Notes under the pieces: generated by a model | The model's input: only the letters and a program-made list of their open reading frames with translations | Told to the model about the DNA's origin: nothing | Database searches by the model: none | DNA from: Candidatus Kuenenia stuttgartensis | GTDB lineage: Bacteria; Planctomycetota; Planctomycetia; Pirellulales; UBA1268 | Direction of reading: 5' to 3' | Length of the DNA: 53,418 nucleotides | Assembly: GCA_945883745.1 (NCBI GenBank) | Contig: CAMCYH010000004.1 | Coordinates: 1-53,418 of the forward strand | Shown here: positions 47,160 through 53,418 of the stretch, one piece after another | Numbering within the stretch: position 1 is the first letter of the stretch | How the letters are laid out: each line of letters starts with the position of its first letter | Position numbers and translations under genes: made by a program

Positions 47160-49283
47160 CTATTCGGAAAGAAGGGTGTCGATGGCTGAAACCGGGTCGT
47201 TGAAGTCCATGTGGAGCGTGGGCGTTTCCAGGCCCTCGCCGGCGATGACATACTTCCGCCGGTCGGCCAGACCGGCCGCGAGAACCTCGAGAAACTTTCG
47301 CGTACGGTAGTAGGCGGGGGCCTGCTCATAGGCCAGCAGTTCACCGGCAAACTGCTCGCGGGAGGCGACCTCACCGACGGACCGCTGCCAGCGGTAGGCC
47401 TTGGCCTCGTGCACCAGTTCGGCCGCTCTTCCGAGGGCTTCGCCAAGGAGTGACTCAATCCGCTGCTCGCCGGCTGTGAGCTTTTCGGCAGCGGCCCCTG
47501 CCTGACGGGCGACATCGAGTTCCTGGATGGCGGCATCGATCTCGCGAGCCTTTGCTGCGGAGCCGGCGACCTTCGCGAGCATCACCATCGCCTCGGTCTT
47601 TGCCGCCTGGATGATCGTCTCGCGCTGCTGGACGGCGCCGATCTGGGAATGAAAAGCCCGCGACACCTTGCCGATGGGAGGATGCAGGGAGGTGATCGAT
47701 ACGCCGACCACATCAACCCCGACGCCGAGTCCGTCGAGCCGCTGCTGCAGCCGGCTGGCGAGGTCGCTCCCGGCAACAGTCCGATCCACTCCGAGGAGCG
47801 AGTCGATATCGCACCCGGCAAAAAACATCGAGACTTCCCGCTGGGCCGCGGCACGGATCACGCTGGTAAAGCGCGGTGGGCCATTGAGAAAGGCCCGCAG
47901 GTCGATCACCCGATACTGGACGACCACATCGGAGGAGACGACCGCCATCCCGCCGCCCGCTCCCTGGGCCTGTTCAGCCGATCCACCGGGGGCCGTGACA
48001 TAGTTTTCCTGCCCAACCGCGGCAGCGGTGTCGTCATCGGATGTCCAGAGAAGCGGCTCGGCGGCCCGGTCGCGCCCCGTCAGATCGCTCGACACGAGCA
48101 CCTGATGAATCTGGCCGACGGGGAGAACTGTCGCGGTCTCCAGCGGCCAAGGAAGTTTCGCATGAATCCCTGGACCGAGGGTTCCCTCCTGCATCGATCC
48201 GCAACGGATGACCACGCCCTGCTCGTCGGGGCCGACGATCACCAGGCAGCTCAGGGCGGTCAGCACAAGGCCAGCCAGGAGCGTCAGCGGCGTCACGGCA
48301 CGGCCGAGGAGGTCGTAAAACCAGCTCTTTGAGATTTCGACACCAAACTGGTAATTCACCAGGTCGCCGATCACCCGCCCCAGCGATTCCGGAGCGGTCA
48401 GCAGCCCCAGCATGCGGCTATCGAAGGCCGGCCGCGGAATCTCTCCGGGCCTCTTCGGTCGATAGGCGGCCATGAGCGACGTGAGAAGAATCTCAGCCCC
48501 GACTCCGACCATCGCGGCCGGCACGGCCACGGCCAGCCATTCGAAAAGGCTCGTGTCATCGAGGATGGCGGTGACGACGGCTCCCGCGCACAGCAGGCCG
48601 ACGATCACGAAGCAGCTCATCAGGTAGCTGGCACCACCACGCAGCAGCCGCCAGGCATCGACGCGGGTGTAGCCGCTCATCCAACGGGCGGCGACAAACG
48701 CCGCGAAGGCGGCGGCCCCCATTGCGAAAATCAGACCCACCGGCTCGCAGGTTGGCGAGAGCGGCGGCCGCGACGACTGTCGGGTGGAGATGCCGTAGAG
48801 GAGGCTGCCGCCGACGCCGATCAGATAGCCGGCCAGCACAAAGCTCACAATCGGCAGGCCATAGGAATAGAGTCGCTGCAGACGATTGCGGGCTACGAGC
48901 AACTGGTCGGCCATGCCGTCGAAAATGGTCGCGGCATTGCCCCCGGCGGCATTGAGTTTTTCGCTGGCAAGCAGTTCGGCCCGTTCGGCCTCATGTTGCT
49001 GGTAGATCAGAGCGAGCACCGCCCAGATCAGCACCCCGCCGAGCAGGTGCCAGGTGGCGGCATGAATCGCCTCGCTGCCGGCCCACACACCGGCCAGACC
49101 AACCACAATGGCCAGCGCGATCTGGATGAAGAGCCCGGTCACTGCCGCCATCCGCCCCCGGCGATAGGTCCGGTCATCGGCGGAAGTGGTCTGTGGCTGC
49201 CAGCCCCGGGCCCGGCCATCGGCCGGCGTCACGGCATTCGACAGAGGCTGTTCGTCATCTGCGTGCTGCTTCCGATCCGCCAT
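47160..49283 (-). CDS. Polytopic membrane domain fused to a C-terminal SPFH/band-7 (HflK-like) domain
   Basis: 707 aa. The N-terminal ~330 aa contain about 7-8 hydrophobic helices. Then comes VIVGPDEQGVVIRCGSMQEGTLGPGIHAKLPWPLE...VVVQYRVIDLRAF...GVDVVGVSITSLHPP, followed by a coiled-coil tail. Confidence 0.75.
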   Translation of the reverse strand: MADRKQHADDEQPLSNAVTPADGRARGWQPQTTSADDRTYRRGRMAAVTGLFIQIALAIVVGLAGVWAGSEAIHAATWHLLGGVLIWAVLALIYQQHEAERAELLASEKLNAAGGNAATIFDGMADQLLVARNRLQRLYSYGLPIVSFVLAGYLIGVGGSLLYGISTRQSSRPPLSPTCEPVGLIFAMGAAAFAAFVAARWMSGYTRVDAWRLLRGGASYLMSCFVIVGLLCAGAVVTAILDDTSLFEWLAVAVPAAMVGVGAEILLTSLMAAYRPKRPGEIPRPAFDSRMLGLLTAPESLGRVIGDLVNYQFGVEISKSWFYDLLGRAVTPLTLLAGLVLTALSCLVIVGPDEQGVVIRCGSMQEGTLGPGIHAKLPWPLETATVLPVGQIHQVLVSSDLTGRDRAAEPLLWTSDDDTAAAVGQENYVTAPGGSAEQAQGAGGGMAVVSSDVVVQYRVIDLRAFLNGPPRFTSVIRAAAQREVSMFFAGCDIDSLLGVDRTVAGSDLASRLQQRLDGLGVGVDVVGVSITSLHPPIGKVSRAFHSQIGAVQQRETIIQAAKTEAMVMLAKVAGSAAKAREIDAAIQELDVARQAGAAAEKLTAGEQRIESLLGEALGRAAELVHEAKAYRWQRSVGEVASREQFAGELLAYEQAPAYYRTRKFLEVLAAGLADRRKYVIAGEGLETPTLHMDFNDPVSAIDTLLSE

Positions 49284-49522
49284 GGCCCGGCCTGCTTGAG
49301 CGTGGTTTCGAGACCTGCGGGAAGCGGCGAACGCCGCCGGTCACCAGCAGCCCGCAGGTGGTCTCTTGGAGTGTACGTCGGCACCGCGGGTTGTCATTCC
49401 AGAGCGGCGATGTTTACGCAATTCTCACAATTCCGGCGTATTCTTCGGGAAAAATTTATTCTTCCTGCCCGAAGACCCGGGTGAGGAGGTGCGTATCTGC
49501 CATTGAGGCTGGAGGGTGTGTC

Positions 49523-50497
49523 ATGCCCGTATTCACGATCGCCGGCAATGCCTTTTTGGAATCGATCCGCCAGAGAATTTTCATCGTGCTTATCTGCGTC
49601 GGCATCTTGGCGCTGGTGCTGAATGTCAACGTGGCCGCCTATGCCTTCGCCGATGACAACAAACTGCTCGTCGATCTCGGCCTGAGCACGCTGCTCCTGG
49701 TCGGCCTGCTCCTGGCCGGCTTCACGGCCACCGGCGTGATCGGTCGGGAGATCGAAAACAAGACGGTGCTCACGGTGGTGAGCAAACCGGTTCCCCGGGC
49801 CGCGGTGGTCATCGGCAAATACCTCGGGGTTACCGGGGCGATCCTGCTGGCGTTTTGGATCCTCGCGGTGGTGTTTCTCCTGACGGTGCGGCATCGGGTG
49901 CAGGCGAGTGTCCGCGATGAAGACATCTTCGACGTGCCTGTGCTCCTCTTCGGCCTCGGGGCGGCGGGCGGGGCGCTCGCGATCGCGGCACTGGCCAACT
50001 ATTTCTACCGCCGGCCGTTCACCTCGACCTTCGCCGTCTGCCTCGGTGGCGGCCTGACGGCGGCCCTCGGGATCATCTCGTTCATTTCCCGCGACTGGGA
50101 GCCGCAGCATCCGCTCACCGACTTCAATCCCCAGTTGCTCTTTGCGATCCTGCTGGCCCTCGAGGCGATCCTCGTGCTGGCCGCCATCGCCGTCGCGGCC
50201 TCCACCCGCCTCACCCAGACCGCCACGCTGCTGGTCTGCCTCGGCGGGTTTCTTCTCGGGCTGGTGAGCGACTACTTCCTGTCGCTCCTGGCCGGGGCCG
50301 ACAGGCTCTGGACGATCTGGACGCTTCCGGCGGTCGTCGTGCCCAACCTGCAGTATTTCTGGATGGCCGATGCCCTCACGCAGGGCCATCCAATCACCGG
50401 AGATTATGTCGCCTCCGTGACACTCTACGCGGCCTGCATGGTAGTGGCCTTCGGTGGCCTGGCGATCCTGCTTTTCCAGGACCGTGACGTCGGGTAG
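49523..50497 (+). CDS. ABC-2-type permease (no adjacent ATPase)
   Basis: MPVFTIAGNAFLESIRQRIFIVL... with REIENKTVLTVVSKPVPRAAVVIGKYLG (the ABC-2 permease block) and 6 TM helices. The ATG at 49523 was verified. Divergent from the SPFH/ABC operon. Confidence 0.65.
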   Translation: MPVFTIAGNAFLESIRQRIFIVLICVGILALVLNVNVAAYAFADDNKLLVDLGLSTLLLVGLLLAGFTATGVIGREIENKTVLTVVSKPVPRAAVVIGKYLGVTGAILLAFWILAVVFLLTVRHRVQASVRDEDIFDVPVLLFGLGAAGGALAIAALANYFYRRPFTSTFAVCLGGGLTAALGIISFISRDWEPQHPLTDFNPQLLFAILLALEAILVLAAIAVAASTRLTQTATLLVCLGGFLLGLVSDYFLSLLAGADRLWTIWTLPAVVVPNLQYFWMADALTQGHPITGDYVASVTLYAACMVVAFGGLAILLFQDRDVG

Positions 50498-50525
50498 CAG
50501 CAGTGCGACATTAGCGACCTCAGGC

Positions 50526-52655
50526 TCAGACCACGACTGGCTCGGCCGCTGCCGCCACAGGCAGGGCCGGGGCCTGATGCCCAGCCTTTCCGCCTCCCCG
50601 CTGGCCGGCGGCTAATTCGGCCTCGGCCTGCTCGATCTCTTCTCCGCACCGGACGAGCCGAGCCGAATTAAACACCACGACCAGGCCGCTGGCGATGTGG
50701 AGCACTGCCGCGAGCACGGGGGAGACGTAGCCCGCCCCGGCCAGGGCCATAAAGACGACGATGAAGGCCACCCCCACGATCATGTTTTGGCGGATCACCG
50801 ACAGCGTGCGGCGTGACAGGTCTACCAGGAAAGGGATGCGGTTGAGGTTGGAATTCATGAGGGCGATCGTCGCGGAGTTGATCGCGACGTCGCTGCCGGC
50901 CGCCCCCATGGCGATCGAGATGTCACCAGCCGCCAGGGCGGGGGCGTCGTTCACGCCGTCGCCCACCACCGCCACGCGGTGGCCGCGGGCCTTGAGGAAG
51001 TCGACCATCTCGAGCTTTTCATGAGGCAGCACCTCCGCCTTGTATTCGTCGAAATGCAGCTGGGCCGCCACCCGGCGGGCCACGCTCTCGCGGTCGCCAG
51101 TGAGAATCACCATCCGCTTGATGCCGAGGTCGCGGAGGCGGTCGGCCGCATCGGCGGCATTGGTCCGGGCGTTGTCTTCGAGCCCCAGCCAGCCGGCATA
51201 GCGGCCGTCGCAGACCACATGGAGCACCGACAGGCCGTCGGCCTCAGGGCTGCTCTGGGCGGCTTCGATCGCCTGCACCTGATCGGCAAGAAGCGCCTCT
51301 GGATCTGCCAGCCAGCTTGCCCGCCCCACGAGCACGCTCCGCCCGGCGACCATGCCCCGCACGCCCCGGCCGGGCACCTCCTCGAAATCCTCCACCACCG
51401 GGGGCCGCAGGCCAGCCCGCCGGGCCATCTCGGCCACCGCCCGGGCGACCGGATGGCGGCTGTTGGCCTCCACGCTCGCCGCCAGCCGCAACAGGTCGGC
51501 GGCCGGCACATCGGCGGCGGGGGCGAGCCGTGTCACGCTCAGCACGCCGGTGGTGAGCGTGCCGGTCTTGTCGAATACGATCGCGGTAATGCTGCGGGCC
51601 GCCTCGAGCGTGACGACGCTCTTGATCAAGACTCCGAGCCGGGCGGCGGCGGAGAGCCCGGCCACGAGGGCTGTGGGGGTGGCCAGGATGAGGGCCGACG
51701 GGCAGGCGATCACAAGCATCGCAATGGCCCGGTCGAAGGCCCGATCAGGGTCGCTGCGGAGGGCGAAAAAAAGCACCACGCCCACCAGCATCAGCACCGT
51801 CGGGGTATACCAGGCGGCATAGTTGTCGATGAGCCGCATGGCGGGCGTTCGAGACCGCTCCGCCTCGAGGATCAGGCTGCGGACGCGGCCGAGGACCGTC
51901 TCGCCCCCCGCCTTGGTGACGGCGATGTCGAGCATGCCGGTGAGGTTGGTCGTGCCGCCGAAGGCCTCGTCGCCCGGCCCCTTGTCTACCGGCAGCGATT
52001 CGCCGGTGATGCTTGCCTGATTGACGGTGCTTGTGCCCCGCACCACGCGGCCGTCGGCCGGCACATTGTCGCCGGGAAGCACCCGGATCACATCGCCCGG
52101 CTGAAGTTGGCGGGCTTCGACCTCCTCCGGCTCCCCATTCCGCATTGGCTCGGCACCGTCCGCCCGCGCGATCCGCAGTGCCTTGGTGGGCGTGAGCTTG
52201 ATCAACGACTCGATGCTCGCCTCGGCGCCGATCGCGGTGCGGCGTTCCACCAGCCCGGCGATGATCATGAAGAAGGCGATGCCCCCGGCCTCCAGATACT
52301 TGCCGCTGGTGGCGGCTCCGACCACCGCCAGGGCCACCAAGGCATTCATGCCGGCTCTTCCCTGCAGCAGGTCGGCGACGGCCGCCCAGACGAGCGGCCC
52401 CCCCAGCAGCAGCACAGCCACAGCGGCCGGCACGGCCGGATAAAACTCATTTTTCCAGAGGAAGCTGGCGATCACCGCGGATACTAGCAGCGTGCCGCCG
52501 ATCAACGTGGCGGCGATTTCGATTCGCAGCCGGGCGGAGCGGCGGCGGCGATCGCTGGCGATTTCGCTATCGCTCGGCAGGGCATCATCGGCTGGAAGGG
52601 CGGAGGCGATCATGGGCGTTTCGGGGATACGGGGCTTACCTGAGGATAGTACCAT
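50526..52655 (-). CDS. Heavy-metal-translocating P1B-type (CPx) ATPase
   Basis: The motifs are TGES (ITGESLPV), CPS in the TM helix (IACPSALILATPTA), DKTGTLT, the HP motif (SRHPVARAV) and GDGVNDAPALA. No N-terminal CxxC metal-binding domain is visible. An alternative start is at 52613. Confidence 0.9.
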   Translation of the reverse strand: MVLSSGKPRIPETPMIASALPADDALPSDSEIASDRRRRSARLRIEIAATLIGGTLLVSAVIASFLWKNEFYPAVPAAVAVLLLGGPLVWAAVADLLQGRAGMNALVALAVVGAATSGKYLEAGGIAFFMIIAGLVERRTAIGAEASIESLIKLTPTKALRIARADGAEPMRNGEPEEVEARQLQPGDVIRVLPGDNVPADGRVVRGTSTVNQASITGESLPVDKGPGDEAFGGTTNLTGMLDIAVTKAGGETVLGRVRSLILEAERSRTPAMRLIDNYAAWYTPTVLMLVGVVLFFALRSDPDRAFDRAIAMLVIACPSALILATPTALVAGLSAAARLGVLIKSVVTLEAARSITAIVFDKTGTLTTGVLSVTRLAPAADVPAADLLRLAASVEANSRHPVARAVAEMARRAGLRPPVVEDFEEVPGRGVRGMVAGRSVLVGRASWLADPEALLADQVQAIEAAQSSPEADGLSVLHVVCDGRYAGWLGLEDNARTNAADAADRLRDLGIKRMVILTGDRESVARRVAAQLHFDEYKAEVLPHEKLEMVDFLKARGHRVAVVGDGVNDAPALAAGDISIAMGAAGSDVAINSATIALMNSNLNRIPFLVDLSRRTLSVIRQNMIVGVAFIVVFMALAGAGYVSPVLAAVLHIASGLVVVFNSARLVRCGEEIEQAEAELAAGQRGGGKAGHQAPALPVAAAAEPVVV

Positions 52656-52737
52656 CGAGTATTGCCAACGAAATCTTGCGGATCAAAGATGTGGCTTTGA
52701 TGAGGCGGCTCCTTTTGGGCCGAAAACAAGAGGCCAC

Positions 52738-52770
52738 AAAAAAACCACGGCCGCCCGAAGGCGGCCGTGG
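52738..52770 (-). terminator. Rho-independent terminator for the minus-strand gene ending at 52825
   Basis: The minus-strand RNA reads CCACGGCCGCC-UUCG-GGCGGCCGUGG followed by U7. This is an 11-bp perfect GC-rich stem with a UUCG tetraloop, 54 nt after the stop codon. Confidence 0.75.
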
Positions 52771-52824
52771 CACTTGTGGAAGCCCGAATCATTCAAGCGA
52801 TCGGGCAGGCAGCAGGAGCGAGGA

Positions 52825-53418
52825 TCACTCCTGGACGCCACCACCCGGGAGCTGCGGCATGGCAACCCGCTTGGACCAGATCTCGTTCTTGATCTCGTCC
52901 CAGCCAGCCTGTGTCATCTCCATCGTCTTGCCGGCGTTGCCAGTGGTGAGCGAAGCCTCAGTGGCATGCGCACCAAGCTGACCGTCCGGACGACCATTCA
53001 GACCGCTCGTATCCTTCACCTTCCGGACGCTGCCGTCGGCGAAGAGGATGTTGGCATAGCCACCGACGAGGCCACGAACCGTCGCGGTACCGTTCGAGAC
53101 AAGGACCGCATCGCGAGCCGAGTGGAGCGGCTGCAGGTCATTGAACTCGTGCACAAGCTCACCCGTGCGGGCGGTCGGGTCGATCGCAGTCGTCAGGGAG
53201 ACCTGCATACCGTCGCAGAACGACTCAGCCGCCTGGTCACCAGCCTTGCAGACCTTCTTGCCGGCAAACGTGTTGATCGTCGTCGCATGGGCCGACGTGA
53301 TCGTGGCATCGCTTTGCTCACCTGGGCGGCCGGCACCGATCATCGGAACCCGGTCGGGGGAAGTCTGGGCGCTGCCGGTAAAGTGGCCAGTCGAAAGTGG
53401 ACCATCACCGTCAAGGGG
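52825..53418 (-). CDS. DUF1559-like protein, C-terminal part (5' end outside the window; tentative)
   Basis: The frame stays open from 53343 to the window edge with no stop in 25 further codons. GGYANILFADGSVRKVKD resembles the C-terminal DG box of DUF1559 proteins, but the usual His is replaced by Val and the tail is unusually long. Confidence 0.5.
   Translation of the reverse strand, partial: PLDGDGPLSTGHFTGSAQTSPDRVPMIGAGRPGEQSDATITSAHATTINTFAGKKVCKAGDQAAESFCDGMQVSLTTAIDPTARTGELVHEFNDLQPLHSARDAVLVSNGTATVRGLVGGYANILFADGSVRKVKDTSGLNGRPDGQLGAHATEASLTTGNAGKTMEMTQAGWDEIKNEIWSKRVAMPQLPGGGVQE

Noticed and set aside
50526-52655. CPS instead of CPC in the P-type ATPase transmembrane metal site, plus the absence of an N-terminal CxxC domain, as a possible novelty.
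   Set aside because: CPx-type ATPases are classically defined with x = C, H or S, and P1B pumps lacking HMA domains are known. The metal specificity cannot be read from the sequence by eye, so this is only an annotation caveat.

Overview
High-GC (roughly 65-70% by eye) bacterial chromosomal segment that looks planctomycete. The indicators are two DUF1559 / H-X9-DG-type proteins (one with a prepilin-like N-terminus), a giant secreted TPR protein, many ABC-2 permeases, and GC-rich palindromic intergenic repeats. I support about 36 protein-coding genes.

Gene content, in order:
- 1-13 kb: housekeeping genes (pyrH, frr, ppdK), plus a tightly coupled six-gene array of three ABC ATPase/permease pairs. 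The last permease is fused to a CPBP protease.
- 13-24.7 kb: a DASS transporter, a lipoprotein, signal peptidase I, a three-gene sugar-type module (PMI-like cupin, TIM-barrel isomerase, Gfo/Idh/MocA oxidoreductase) and a DUF72 protein.
- 24.8-39.6 kb: an envelope or surface-looking block. It holds a membrane-anchored orphan GspE-like ATPase with a CvpA/EF-hand protein, two paralogous 23-residue LRR-like repeat proteins, an ~1800-aa secreted TPR protein, a GYF-TM-propeller protein and a DUF1559 protein.
- 39.6-49.3 kb: a six-gene minus-strand operon encoding three SPFH (band-7) paralogs, an ABC ATPase, a giant permease and a helical protein.
- 49.5-53.4 kb: a lone ABC-2 permease, a P1B-type ATPase and a partial DUF1559-like gene.

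I could not recognise any rRNA, tRNA, CRISPR array, transposase, integrase or classical defence gene.

Non-coding highlights are a composite REP-like hairpin repeat family filling three intergenic gaps, an 18-bp perfect inverted repeat between two sugar genes, AT-rich palindromes, and one textbook intrinsic terminator.

The best candidates for an undescribed system are the SPFH x3 + ABC operon and the LRR-like/TPR/GYF block with its orphan GspE-like ATPase. Both are inferences from domain architecture and gene order only. All functional calls rest on motif recognition by eye, with no database searches.
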